A DNA stretch of 64,000 nucleotides, from the NCBI GenBank assembly GCA_038087875.1, contig CM075978.1:81344001-81408000 (forward strand). The letters run 5' to 3'. The DNA is from Malacoraja senta (taxonomy: Eukaryota). The notes under the pieces were generated by a model that was not told the origin of the DNA, ran no database searches, and saw nothing but the letters and a program-made list of their open reading frames with translations. The position numbers were made by a program, and so were the translations under genes. This document shows positions 50,878 through 64,000 of this stretch, piece by piece (the first letter of the stretch is position 1; each line of letters opens with the position of its first letter).

Positions 50878-51902
50878 ACATAGAAACATAGAAACATAGA
50901 AAATAGGTGCATGAGTAGGCCATTCGGCCCTTCGAGCCTGCACCGCCATTCAATATGATCATGGCTGATCATCCAACTCAGTATCCTGTACCTGCCTTCT
51001 CTCCATACCCCCTGATCCCTTTAGCCACAAGGGCCACATCTAACTCCCTCTTAAATATAGCCAATGAACTGGCCTCAACTACCTTCTGTGGCAGAGAGTT
51101 CCAGAGATTCACCACTCTCTGTGTGAAAAATGTTTTTCTCATCTCGGTCCTAAAGGATTTCCCCTTTATCCTTAAACTGTGAATACTTGTCCTGGACTTC
51201 CCCAACATCGGGAACAATCTTCCTGCATCTAGCCTGTCCAACCCCTTAAGAATTTTGTAAGTTTCTATAAGATCCCCCCTCAATCTTCTAAATTCTAGCG
51301 AGTACAAGTCGAGTCTATCCAGTCTTTCTTCATATGAAAGTCCTGACATCCCAGGAATAAGTCTGGTGAACCTTCTCTGTACTCCCTCTATGGCAAAAAT
51401 GTCTTTCCTCAGATTAGGTGACCAAAACTGTACGCAATACTCCAGGTGTGTACGCAATACTCCAGCTGGACTCAAATCCTTTTGCTATGAATGCTAACAT
51501 ACCATTCGCTTTCTTCACTGCCTGCTGCACCTGCATGCCTACTTTCAATGACTGGTGTACCATGACACCCAGGTCTCGTTGCATCTCCCCTTTTCCTAAT
51601 CGGTCACCATTTAGATAATAGTCTACTTTCCTGTTTTTGCCACCAAAGTGGATAACCTCACATTTATCCACATTATACTGCATCTGCCATGCATTTTCCC
51701 ACACACCCAGCCTATCCAAGTCACCTTGCAGCCTCCTAGCATCCTCCTCACAGCTAACACTGCCCCCCAGCTTTGTGTCATCTGCAAACTTGGAGATGTT
51801 GCATTCAAATCCCTCGTCCAAATCATTAATATATATTGTAAATAGCTGGGGTCCCAGCACTACGGCCTGCCATTCTGAAAAGGACACGTTTACTCCTACT
51901 CT
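50878..51902 (-). mobile_element. CR1 LINE fragment, same subfamily as 14649-15915
   Basis: (CATAGAAA)n tail at 50878-50903, a near-identical 3' UTR, KFADDTKL and HLEYCVQFWSP motifs, and internal deletions. Confidence 0.92.
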
Positions 51903-53097
51903 ATAGAGGCTCTCATCACAAATGCTCACTGAAACTTAGCCCTACCTCGCTGTTCAACAGAGCAAGACCTGGTGCCACTGTTCCTGTTGCTGCTCCCAAA
52001 GTATCTGAATAACAATACCTTATTTAAGTGGGATATAGCCATTGCAGATTCCAGCAATACCTGCCTGCCTCTCCTGACAGTCACTCATCTGGATCTTTGG
52101 TATGGTCTCCCCCCTGAAACTACTGTCTATAACTCTCTCTGCCATTATGGCAGTCAGCAGAGTAGGATACTCCTCCGGTCAGATGTGGGAAATGAAGGAG
52201 CAGTCAAGGGGCCCTGGTGACAATGTCTGCTGGAATTGTGTCCAGCAGCAGTTCCTCTCAGACACATAGATCAGCTGTACGACATCATAATTGTACAGAC
52301 TTGGGAGCATACAGGAGGCAGAGAGAGTGCTATTTAAATGTTAAGTGGAAAGTTGACTCCAAGATATCAGTGATAATTTCTGTTCTTAGGCCACTGATGA
52401 TGTCCCATGATGACCTTCATTATTTTGTGGTATTAAATTATTGCTACTTTGATTTGTTCTTGGCAACCGTTCCATCCAATGCGATTCAGGTGTGACGGAT
52501 ACATGGCGATACTATCTATAAAGTTGGATCTTTCCATTCTTACATCTGGGGTTTGATGTTCACTCCTGTCAGGAGAGTCAATGGCCAATACATTTTAGAC
52601 GAAGATAACCTTTGGTAATGATCTCATCTTTGTGAAGAACTGGCAATCACATTATATGGTGATATCAAACGTGTTTCAAAGAAAGATGTTTCTCTCAGAG
52701 AACATTCAAACCAGGCGATTGCTGAGGCTCTGAGATAATAGGCATTTAATAATCTACTGGCTGAACTTTAACTGAGGTGTCATGCTGTCAGGTCTGTGTG
52801 AATTTCTTGCCACCTGGCATTTCATTTCTCTGAAACGATTCTCGAGTTAAGATCAACACTTTCGGATTGTCAGGTCTCTTATCCCTGATGCTTAGCAACA
52901 TTGTCTGATATCACCTTCCTCTACATTTGTGAATTCATGGTAATACAATTATTTCACAAAGATCTGTGGTTAGAGAAATCCAACATGGATTTGTATTTTT
53001 CTAATTTGATAGAGTATTTGATGAGGGTACAGAGATGTGATTTCATTTATATGAACTTCCAAAAGACCTTTGATAAGAAAACACAATATGTCACATT

Positions 53098-53783
53098 GGG
53101 GCGGCGAACGATTTTTTTTAAATTTTAGTGCGTTTAATAGTTTGTGTAAATGTTCTCCGGTTTGTTTTATGTGGGGGGAGGGGGACTTTTTATTTCAGTT
53201 TCTTACCTTGCCGGAGACGCAATGTTTCTGGGTCGCATCTCCGGTCGCTTTGCGACATATCATCGATGGATCTGGAGGCCTCCTCGGACTGATCTTGGGC
53301 CCCACCGCAGGGTGCGGACCTAATATTGGAGCCGATGCCTTTCCTGGGATCACTCCAACCACGGCCTGCGGACTTACCATCAAGGGCTCACAGTCTTGGG
53401 AGTGGCTAGTCGGGAGGTCCAACGAACGCAGAGGCTCGACTAGCCCCGATGCGGGGTTCGATTGCCCGGCGCAGGGGAGCTGACATCCCCCCTGATGCAG
53501 GAGCAGGATTGCCCCGATCTCGCGGGCCCAAAACGCCGCCGGCTACAGGAGTGAAGATCGTCCCATCAACGGAGGGCTTGAGGCGAGCTAAGGGAAGACA
53601 TTGAACTCTTTTTCGCTTTCCATCACAGTGAGGAATGTAGAGTTTCTGCGGTGGATGTTTATGTTAAAATGTGTTTTGTGTGTTCTGTTGCTTTTTATTT
53701 GTATGACTGACTTGACGAATGAAATTCCTCATATGTTGCAAAACATACTTGGCTAATGAAGTATTATTGTGATTGCGATTGAT
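53098..53783 (+). mobile_element. second copy of the GC-rich Rex1-tailed element
   Basis: Collinear with the reverse complement of 37795-38540 and has the same 3' stem and tail. Confidence 0.7.
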
Positions 53784-54871
53784 TGTTTTGAAATGTCAGG
53801 CATGAAATCATAGAAGCTATAGCAACATAGATAGAAACTGGAAGCAGAATCATAGTTATTGTTATACAGCACAGAAAAAGGCCCTTTTGTCAAAATTGTC
53901 CCTGCCAACCAAATTGCCTAAACAAACTAATCCACTTGGCTTGCACCTGGCTCATATCCCTCCAACCTTTCCTATCCGTGAGCCCATCCAGAGAGTGTAC
54001 ATGAAAAATATATTTGTTGGACTGTGTGTAGCAGAATTCCCCAGTCATTTAGCATTAGGATCCAAAAGGTGTGATGATAAAAACATGGATATTCAGTGTA
54101 GGAGGATTATAACAAACCTTCAAGGATTTACAGACAGGCAGTTAGATTAGGAAGATAGGTAGCAGATGAAATGAAATGCTGAGAAATGTGAAGTATTACG
54201 TGTGAGAAGAATGAGAAGAACCAAAGGGCACAATTCTGATTGGAACACAAGAATGGAGAGATTGCTGAGTGTAGTGCATAGTGTTGAAAGTGGTTAAAAT
54301 CTCATGAGATGTTTGGGCCTGATTATCTATTGGTTTATTAATGATATCTGTGCTGAGATACAGTGAAAAATGATCTACATGCTGTCCAAGTAGATCATAA
54401 CATACATGAGTACAATCAAACCGTTGATCAGTAAAATATGCAGTGCAAAAGGAGAAAAGAAACAGAGTGCAGACTGTAGTGTTACAGTTGCAGTGAAAGT
54501 GCAGATATAAAGGTGCAAAGGTTGCAATGAGCAGGTTGGGCGATTGGGAATTCAACCACAGCATATGAGAGGTTAGTTCAAGTATGGGAAAAGCTGTCCT
54601 TGAATCTGGTGGAAAGTGATTTCAAACTTTTGTATTGTCTATGGACAGCACACGTGGGAAGTGTGTTCAGCTGCAGATCTTGACTGAATGTGTGAGGAAC
54701 TGGAGCTGCAGCGAGACGAACACAGGATCATCTAGCAGAATTAGAGTGTCATAGATTGTGAGGTGCAGTCAGAAAGTAGATGGATTTGCACCAGGAAATG
54801 GAAAGGAAATATACAGTGTGCAGAGTGCAGTAATCCCTGATGGAATTCCTCTTGAAAACAAGCATACCCAG

Positions 54872-55115
54872 GCCCACGCAATCTCCCGGTTGCTAAACAC
54901 TTTAACTCCCCCTCCTATTCCCACTCTGACCTTTCTGTCCTGGGCCTCCTCCACTGCCAGAGTGAGGCCCAATGCAAATTGGAGGAACAGCACCTCATAT
55001 TTAGCTTGGGCAGCTAACACCACAGCGGTATGAATATTGATTTCTCTAACTTCAAGTAACCCTTGCATCCTCTCTCTCTCCCTGTCCCTCCCCTACCCTA
55101 GTCATTGTACTAGTT
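54872..55115 (+). mobile_element. Penelope-like GIY-YIG C-terminal fragment
   Basis: Homologous to 61410-61610 (LSVLGLLHCQSEA..KLEEQHLIF.LG). Confidence 0.8.
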
Positions 55116-57443
55116 TTGATGTAGAGCAGAGGAATCTAGTGCACAAGTACATAGGTTGAAAGTGTTATCACAGGTAGATAGTGTGGTGAAGAAGGCCTTT
55201 GGCATGTTGGCCTTTATCAGTCAGGGAACTGAGTATAGAAGTTGGGACATTATGTTACAGTTGCGTAAGACGCTTGTGAGGCCACACTTGTGTTGGTCTG
55301 TGGGGAAAGAGCAGGGATGTGAGACTTCAGTATTGCTTTTCAGAGCTATCTCATGGCTAGTTGGCTGAATAACCAACTTTCAAGCTGTAACCATTCTGCA
55401 ATTCTGTCCCATCAATGGATTAGAAAATGACTGCCCTCAAATGGATCTAAATAATAATATTTTCAAAACATATTTAATTTCTTTGAAATGGATTTTAGAA
55501 TAAAAGCACACACTGTTATGCACAATTACATGAATAGCTCCATTACAAATAGCTTTAGTAACATTGCAAAATAAATGTTTCTCAGAGGTACATTACAGGC
55601 ACAGGGTTTATATACAAAATGCACCATTCAAAATATTATTGTGGTCATAATAAATCAGTGAAATGCCAGGGGCTGTTTTATATGTGATGAGGAATAAGAT
55701 ACTCTGCATTGCTGAGCAAGGGGAACCAACAGCTCCTTGAGGCTGATGCTGAACTGTGCCAGCTTCTCTCTCAAGTGCAATCGGTTCTGTCTACAATGGT
55801 TTTCCACATTGTATTCTGTTTAAAACACAATTGTTGGTCACATTATTTTTCATTTTGTCATTACTTGAATTTAATTATAATTACAAATATCCAGTCGACT
55901 TATGCCATTTTGGAGTATTGCAAATTTCCACTAATGAAAACAAAATTGATCATTTGACACTCCCAGCATCATTGAGAGGTGCATTTTACAAACCAGATGT
56001 TGTCTTTGTGTCATTACTTCCTCCTCCAGAAAGGCAACAAGCCAAATTTTACTGGCTGCAGCTGATATTTCAGTCACTGATATCGGCTGTTAAAACTGCG
56101 TAAGACCCGGGCTTTCATGTTAATGCTATGAATGCGCGTCTGGGATTTATTATTACGATTGAGCAGTTGAATCTGTCTTTTGCCTCCAAATTTGTGCTCC
56201 ACGTGGAGTACTAGTACAGGATTTGAGACCCCATAGATTTCAGAAGGGATTACACGACAAAGGGTGAGGGAAAGTAGAAGGTAGGTTGCTGTTCATTATT
56301 TCACTTTGCGTTAATGATTGTCGTAAATTATTTAAGTGTTTTATGGTTTGGGAAAGTGTTCTTCCATTTTAATAATTTCAATTTGATTGACTTCAGAACC
56401 ATTTAAAAACCATGGGACACTAATTAAAGCTTTTGCAAACCAGCAAAGCTCCATTCCTGACTTTGTCAGCTGTCAAAGGCTGTCAAGGGCATTAGGGGAT
56501 AAAGCCTTATCACTGCATCACCGTGGAGCCCTTGTCACTGCTCGGAGGCAGGCTCTTTGTATTTGAACAAGATGAGGGCGGATATAGTAGAATATCAGCA
56601 GCAATTCCCATTCATGGCCTTAACACTTTATTAAGAGGATTGGCTTTACTGATGGTCTATGACAATGGTTCATATTATCATTTTCTTGCCTCCAGTCATT
56701 TCTCATTGCAAGGAGAATGTGTTCACCCTATTTTTGTTTCATGTTGATTGGTCATATGGTATAAAATAGCAACTAAAATACAAAGACAATCATGTTGGGC
56801 AACAATTTATGTATACTATTATAGAGTATTAAAAAAGGACTGGTCACATTGTACATTTTCAAAGTTTGCCATTTTCTTTCCATTGTGCACAATTCACTGC
56901 TGTATCTCTTCAGAGTGAATCTAAACATGGACAGTGATAATCTGTGGTTTGTAATGCATGTCCCAGCCATGTCTTTTGCAATACTGATTCGTGATTGAGT
57001 GGCTGCAGAAACTGTGTACTGGTCACTTTCAAGCAGCCAATTTCTGTGAATATTATGTCTGCCTCTGCTATCCTTAAAAGTGACTTGTCCAATCAGTCCC
57101 TCACCGTAAATGTCTGCACTGGGAACTGAATGCAAGATGGTGCATCGTTTAAATGTTATCCCTTCTGTAACTCTTCCAAAGGTCCAAACTACCTCACCCC
57201 CTCCAACACCATAAATCTTGATTTTGTTACTATCCTCCATAGCTATTCTCAGTTGCGATCTCCTTTTCCATTCCGAACAGATGACATGCCCCTGGAGTTG
57301 AAGGCAGCTTCCCACAATGATTCTCCATCCTACTCCACGAGATACTTGTCCTTAGCCTGATGCACAAACATTCTCACAGCAAATTAAAGAAAAGCTTTTG
57401 TATGTATTCAACATATGGGTGTAACCCATTTCACACAATGTGT

Positions 57444-57578
57444 GTAACTGTCTGAAGAAGGGCCTCGACCCGAAACATCACCCATTCCTTTTCTCCAGAG
57501 ATGCTGCCTATCTCGCTGAGTTACACCAGCTTTTTGTGTCTATTCTCGGTTTAAATCAGCATCTGCAGTTCCTTCCTA
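57444..57578 (+). mobile_element. solo Penelope pseudo-LTR with hammerhead core and TSD-like repeat
   Basis: CTGAAGA-A-GGGCCTCGACCC-GAAAC-ATC; flanked by CACACAATGTGT at 57432-57443 and 57579-57590. Confidence 0.82.
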
Positions 57579-57879
57579 CACACAATGTGTTTTAGTCTCA
57601 CATTCAATGGAGTTTTACATTTTGCTTTTGGCTTCCTGTACATCACATGTTTTTTAACTGTCAAAAATTCTAGGTCAACAATTATTATCTATCACCTTAA
57701 CCCCAGTCAATAAAGAGTGGAAAATCTGACAAACGTGCTTGATGACCTAAATGGGAATTATATTTAGAGGTAAGTCTAAATGTGGTGGTAAAATTAACAT
57801 GTATTTAGTGTTAGAATTAAAATCTTTAATTATTTTCATGGTTCGATAAAATTTAATTTTATTGGGCTTTAAACTAAAT

Positions 57880-59960
57880 AGTGGGGGGAGGGGGTTCAAC
57901 AGATTTGAAATTTACAGATAATGTTAAGGGAAGGAGAATGCAGAAGAGGTTACTGAAGTTTCCAGAATAAGAAATATGATAGGAAGTTTAAAAATGGATG
58001 AGTCTAATGTCAGGCTACACGAGGACCATTGTGAAAAGAGGAGTGATAAAGAGAGAACTGAAAGTGTTGTATCTAAATGCACATAATATATGAAACAAGA
58101 TGGAGGAGCTTGTAGCACAGTTAGAAATTAACAAAAACAATGCTGTGGACATCACAGAGTCGTGGCTGAAAGAGGATCAGACTTGGGATCTGAATATCCA
58201 TGGATACACATCCTATTGGAAATATAGGCAGGTGAGCAGAGGGGATGGGGTGGCTCTGTTGGTAAGGAATGAAATACAATCCTTAGAAAGAAATGAAATA
58301 AGATCAGAAGATATAGAATAGATGTGAGAAGAGTTAAGAAACTGCAAGTATAAAGTACCATGATGAGAGTTATATACAGGCCTCCAAATAGTAGTCAGGA
58401 TGTAAGGCACAAATTACATCAGGAAATAGAAAAGGCATGTAAGAAAGACAATGTTACAATGGTAATGGAGGATTTCAATATGCAAGTAGTCTGGGAAAAT
58501 CAGTTTGGTACTGGGTCCCAAGAGAAGGAATTTGTAGAGTGGCTTCTTGGAGCAGCTTGTGGTCAAGCTCACTAGAGAAAAGGTAATTCCACATTTGACG
58601 AACCAATGAACAATGAGCCAGACTTGATTAGGGACCTTAACGTGAAGGGACCCCTTCGAAACAATTATCATAATATGATAAAATTCAGTCTGAGCCTTGA
58701 AAATTGTGTTGTAAGGCTTTTGGCCTTCATCAGTCAGAGTATTGAGTATAGAAGTTGGGGGGGGGGGGGCTTGTTGCAGTTATATTAGCTGTTGAGGCCA
58801 CATTTAGGGTATTTGGGTCAGTTTTGGGCAGTTATAGGAAAGATGGTGTCAAGCTGGGAAGGGTACAGAGAAGTTTTACGAGGATGTTGCCAGGACTTAA
58901 GGGCCTGAGCTATAGGGAGAGGTTGAGCAGGCTATGACTCTATTCCTTGGAGCGCAGGAGAATGAGGGGTGAGTTTATAGATGTGTACAAAATCATGAGA
59001 GGTAACTGCACAGAGTCTCTTGCCCAGAGTTGGGAAATCGAGAACCAGAGGACATAGGTTTAAAATGAGGGAGGTTAAGATTTAATAGGAATCTGAGGGG
59101 TAACCTTTTGTCCACACTGTATGACTTTATGAGAAGCTGAAATTGGATGTGTCAGTATTACTGTTGAGTAAAAGAGGCAAGAGAGAAGAGCTGGCTAAAG
59201 AGCTGATTGCAATTGGACCCTAGCTGGAATGTTGCTGGAGCAACAATAGCAGGAGTTTCTGGGAACAATTCAGAAGACACAGGATCTTTTCATTTCAAAG
59301 TGGCAGAGCCGTACCAATGGGTAAATGAGGCCTGGCAAACCAAGGAAGTCAAAGATAACATAAATGCAAAAGAGAAGGCATATAACATGGCAAAGATTAG
59401 TGGGAAGCTGAAGTATTGGGAAGTTTTAAAAAACATAACTAAAAAAGCAGTAATGGGAGAAAATATGAACGTAGACTAGCTAATATTATAAAAGATGATA
59501 CAAAATGTTTTGTACAGATATATAAAGAGTAAAAGAGAGGGAAGAGTGGCCATTGGATTGCCGGAAAATGATGCTGGAGGAGTAGTAATGGGGAACAAAT
59601 AAATGACAGATAGACTGAATACATTTTTGAGTCAGTGGAAGACACGAGAAATGTGCCAGATATACAAGAGAGTCAAGGGGCAGATGTGAGTGCAGCTGCT
59701 TCCAAGAATAAAATGAAGTAAATTCAAAATGGAGATGAAGAGGAATTTATTTTGCCAGAGGGTAGTGAATCTGTGGAATTCCTTGCCACATACGGCTGTG
59801 GAAGCCAACATCGCCTATTTTTAAGGTGTGCATTGATAGGTTCTTGATTAGGAAGGGCATCAAAGAGTGATGGGGAGGGAACAATAGATCAGCCATGATT
59901 GAATGGCAGAGTAGGCTCGATGGGCTGAATGGCCTAATTTTGCTCCTTTGTCTTATGGTC
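57880..59960 (+). mobile_element. decayed CR1 fragments including the APE endonuclease region
   Basis: ITESWL...LNIHGY...GDGVALLV and VIYRPPNS...EDFN motifs (58100-58500), followed by CR1 3' fragments (58710-59110, 59730-59960). Confidence 0.8.
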
Positions 59961-60829
59961 ATTCCATTTTCTTCCCCGATGTGGGAGTTAAGCCAATTTA
60001 TGTGTCTTCATTAACACTTCAGCAAGGATATCATCTTTTCCCATCAGCCTTTTCAATTGACATTTGACCTGTGCAACTTCTAATCAGTCTGAAGTGACAA
60101 AGAGACTGGAGTTGGTAGTTTATAGAAGGATAGAAACATGAAACTCATTTTGAGCGTGGGTATTCTGTTCAGATGTTCTTTGAATTGCACCTTCCCCTTG
60201 CTATTGCTGCAGCCACAAGGAATACCGCTCTCAATGGGGTGGGCTTTTTGGATCTGTTAGTCATAAATTTCACTTTTGTCACCATGTTGTAGTTGTCAAT
60301 GAGTTGTTATACCTTCTTCCCCTCTTTTGGCCTAACATCTGTTTTTCAGGTCACAGATTTTATTTTAATTTGATACCAGTCATCAGGTGCCTGCAGAGAT
60401 TTTCTTTTTAATATCCCTTGAATAATAAACATAAAGTTCATCTGTTGCTTGGGCATCATTGGGAGAATGCAATTTATGCATAGTTGCATTGTAACTGCAG
60501 CTAAGACAGCCCAATTACTGTCTCTGCAAATGTTCGTCATTCTGAATCCTTCAATCAAGTTCTTTATTATAACTGTATCGTGGTGTTTGATGAAAATCAT
60601 CCTATTTCGGTAGTGGCATTAATTAAAATTGCTGGAGGATAGTTAATGTCAGTTGAGAATGTTTTCATGAGAACTTCTTAACATATGTCTGAATATCAAA
60701 CAATCATCTCTTTATCCTGATTCATGTACGAATCTCCAATAGAATATTAAATGATGGAGGCCTTGATGCTAACTTAAACGTTACTTTAAGTGATAACCAT
60801 AGGAGAGCAGCTGAGAAAATAACCTTTCT

Positions 60830-61890
60830 TGATCTGTGCCTAAGATGAGGTGTTCCATACCAGGATACCCGAGATGCCTTCATTCTTTAGGGGATGGGGG
60901 TTTCCCTCTCCTATCATAGATGACGCCCTCACACGTGTCACCTTGGTTCCCCGCAGCTCTGCCCTTGCTCCTCCTCCCCCCAGTCACAACAGGGACAGAG
61001 ACCCCCAGTCCTCAGCTTTTACCCTATCAGCCGAAGCATAGAGCACATAATCATCCGACATTTTCACCATCTCCGACATGATCCACCACTAGTTACATCT
61101 TCTCCTTTCCACTTTCCACAGAGACCATTCCCTCCGCAACTCCCTAGTTAACATCCTTTCCCACCGAAACCACCCCTTCCCCAGGTATCTTCCCCTACAA
61201 CAGCAAGAAATGCAATACCTGTCCCAATAACTCCTCCTTCAACTCTGTCCAGGGATCCCAAAAGTCTTTTCAGGTAAGCAGAGGTTCACTTGTACCTCTT
61301 CCAACCTCATCCACTGTATCTACTGTTCCAGATATATATTGGTGAGACCCAGCACGGACAGGGCGATCGTTTCGCTGAACATCTACACTCAGTCCGCCTT
61401 GGTCTACATGATCCCCCGGTTGCCAAACATTTTAGCTCTCCTTCCCATTCCCCTACGGACCTTTCTGTCCTGGGTCTCGTCCATTGCCAGAGTGAGGCCA
61501 AATCCAAATTGGAGGAACATCTCATATTTCACTTGGGCAGCTTGCAGCCCCAGTGATATGAATATTGATTTCTCTAACTTCAAGTAGCCCTTGCATACCC
61601 TCTCTCATTGTTCCTCCCCCACAGTTGTCCTGTTGAGTTTCACTCATTCTCACCTACCCCACTGTCAACAATGAACCATTGTTGGCTCCACATTTCCTTG
61701 ATCATCATTGCTTTTTGCATATCTTTCATTCATTTGTTCTTTGTACCTTTTGTATTTCTTGCTTCCCTTTCCCCTGACTGTCTGAAGAAGGGTCACAACC
61801 CAAAACTTCACCAATTCCTTTTCTCCAGAGATGCTTCCTGTCCCACTGAGTTCCTCCAGCTTTTTGTGTCTATCTTCGGTGTCAACCAGA
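60830..61890 (+). mobile_element. Penelope-like element remnant (RT thumb, GIY-YIG endonuclease, pseudo-LTR)
   Basis: FFRGWGFP, then IYIGET...RFAEHL...VAKHF...LEEHLIFHLGSLQP; degenerate hammerhead core at 61782-61809. Confidence 0.88.
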
Positions 61891-62159
61891 TTGGATTTGT
61901 CTTGCTTTTATTGAAGAGACCACGCTTTGGCAATTTAGCATCTTGTTGGGTAATTACTTTTGGTGTATATTTTAAACACAGAGAAAAGCAGATTCTGTAT
62001 TTCACTAATCATTAATTTTCAAAACTCTATAATTTTACTTTTGCATGCAATAATTATTAGTAAGTGAATAGCTCCTCAGTATGAACACATCAAGAGCATG
62101 ATTTGATTAGTAAATCTAACAGAGTATTTTACTTCACTTCCTCTGCTGCTTGTTTGCTG

Positions 62160-64000
62160 GGCCTTTGAGGAATATAAAGCAAGCAGGAAAGAACACAAGC
62201 AATGCAATTAGAAGAGCCAAAGGGGGCAATCTGTGGCAAGTAAAATCAAAGAAAATCCAAAAGCATTTTATGTGGTCAAAGTAAATAAGAGGGTAACCAG
62301 GGAGAAGGTAGGACCACTCAAGGATAGAGTTGAGAAGTTATTGTTGGAGTCAGAGGATGTAGACAAGGTTATAAATTATACTTTGCATCTGTATTCACCA
62401 AAGAGAAGGACATTGAGAACAGTGTGGGGAATACTGATATGCTGGGGTAGTTCGAGAAGGGAGTAGTGATGGGGCTCTTGAAGAGCATTAGGGTGCATTA
62501 ATCCCCAGAGCTCGAAGAGATCTGTCCCAGGTTATTAAGAAAGGCAAGAGAAGGGATTGTGGGGTATTAACGACAATCTTTGCATATTCTCTCGCAACAG
62601 GACTGTAGAGTTGCCAATGTTGATACTGTTGGATTCCCTGGATAATCCAAGGAATCATGGGCCAGTTAGCCACACGCCAGTGGTTGGCAAGCTATTGGAA
62701 AGGATTTACTCTCAATTGGAAGAGAATGGGGTAATTAGGGGCAATCAGCATTGCTTTGTCAGTGGCGGGTCATGTCTTACGAACTTGACAATTGTTTCTT
62801 CTGGGGCGTCAGAGGTCAAGGAAGAAGTGATATAAATCTATAAAATTATGAGAGGGATACTGTATATAGGGTTGATAGTTCAACTCTTCTTCCCAGTGTG
62901 GAAATGTCAACTTATAAAGGGCATTGCTTTAAGGTGAGAAGGGAAAATAGATAGAATAGATAAGAGAGAGCCAGTGGATGTGGTGTATCTGGACTTTCAA
63001 AAAGCCTTTGACAAGGTCCCACACAAGAGATTATTGTGCAAAATTAGAGCACATGGTATTGGGGGTAGATTATTGACATGGATAGAGATGCAGGAAGCAA
63101 AACATTGGAACTGACGGGTCCTTTTCAGAATGGATGGCAATGACTAGTGGGTGCCGCAAGACTCAGTGGTGGGATCCTTGTTATTTACAATATATATTAA
63201 CGATTTAGACAAAGGAATTAAATGTAACATCTCAAAGTTTGCGGATGACACAAAGCTGGGTGGCAGTGTGAGCTGCGAGGAGGATGCTATGAGGCTGCAG
63301 AGTGACTTGGATAGGTTGGGTGAGTGGGCAGAAGCATGGCAGATGCAGTATGATGTGAATAAATGTGAGGTTATCCACTTTAGTGGCAAGAACAAGAAAG
63401 CAGATTATTATCTGAATGGTGTCAGATTATGAAAAGGGGAGGTGCAACGAGATTTAGGTGTCCTTGTACAACAGTCACTGAAAGTAAGCATGCAGGTACA
63501 GCAGGCAGTGAAGAAAGCAAATGGCATGTTGGCCATAGCGAGAGGATTTGAGTATAGGAGCAACGAGGTCCTATTGCAGTTGTACAGGGCCATGGTGAGA
63601 TCGCACCTGGAGTATTGTGTGCAGTTTAGGTCTCCTAATTTGAGGAGGGACATTCTTGCTATTGAGGGAGTGCAGCGTAGGTTCACCAGGCTAATTCACG
63701 GGATGGTGAGACTGACATATGATGAAAGAAAGGATTGACTGGGCTTATATTAACTGGAATTTAGAAGGATGAGAGGGTATCTTATAGAAACATATAAAAT
63801 TCTTAAGGGATTGGGCAGGCTAGCTGCAGGAAAAATGTTCCTGACATTGGGGGAGTCCACAACCAGGGGTATTAGTTTAAGTTTAAGGGGTAGGCCATTT
63901 AGGACTGAGATGAGGAAAAACTCTTTCACCCAGAGAGATTCAGAGAGTTGTGAATCAGTGGAATTTTCTGCCACAGAAGGCAGTGGAGGCCAATTCACTG
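62160..64000 (+). mobile_element. composite CR1 LINE fragments (older 62160-62945; younger RT 62960 to window end)
   Basis: KENPKAFY, VGKLLERI, DFQKAFDKVPH, KFADDTKL and HLEYCVQF motifs with stops and frameshifts. Confidence 0.88.

Noticed and set aside
56773-57315. 180-aa minus-strand ORF
   Set aside because: No recognisable domain or splice context; likely chance or decayed repeat.
41668-64000. beta-neurexin promoter and first exon, expected in this intron
   Set aside because: No signal-peptide or His-rich exon was found. The GC-rich patches (46540-47000, 48450-49000, 53100-53600) lie inside transposons, so the exon is probably beyond the window.

Overview
This is eukaryotic, AT-rich vertebrate genomic DNA. 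The repeat complement (HE1-type tRNA SINEs, CR1 LINEs with (ATAGAAAC)n tails, Penelope-like elements, Rex1, L2) points to a cartilaginous fish, probably a ray or skate (inference). The whole window lies inside one + strand alpha-neurexin gene, most similar to NRXN1. Five constitutive exons encode the end of LNS4, LNS5 and EGF-C: 5364-5486, 20539-20920, 21264-21454, 30111-30284 and 41548-41667. All are GT-AG and phase-compatible. A 27-nt SS6 microexon (VALMKADLQ, 41113-41139) is missed by the ORF track. The rest is intron, packed with transposon debris, and most ORF-track entries are spurious or TE-derived. The main observations are: (1) a 141-bp SINE-like retroelement with a 15-bp TSD whose 5' end is a complete minimal 54-nt HDV-like ribozyme fold (50433-50486, minus strand); (2) hammerhead-ribozyme cores in several Penelope pseudo-LTRs; (3) the SS6 microexon with its neural-microexon cis-elements; (4) a neurexin peptide that mixes NRXN1 and NRXN2/3 residues; (5) a PIF/Harbinger MITE family and other hairpin-forming elements. 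All family assignments come from motif recognition; no database search was run.
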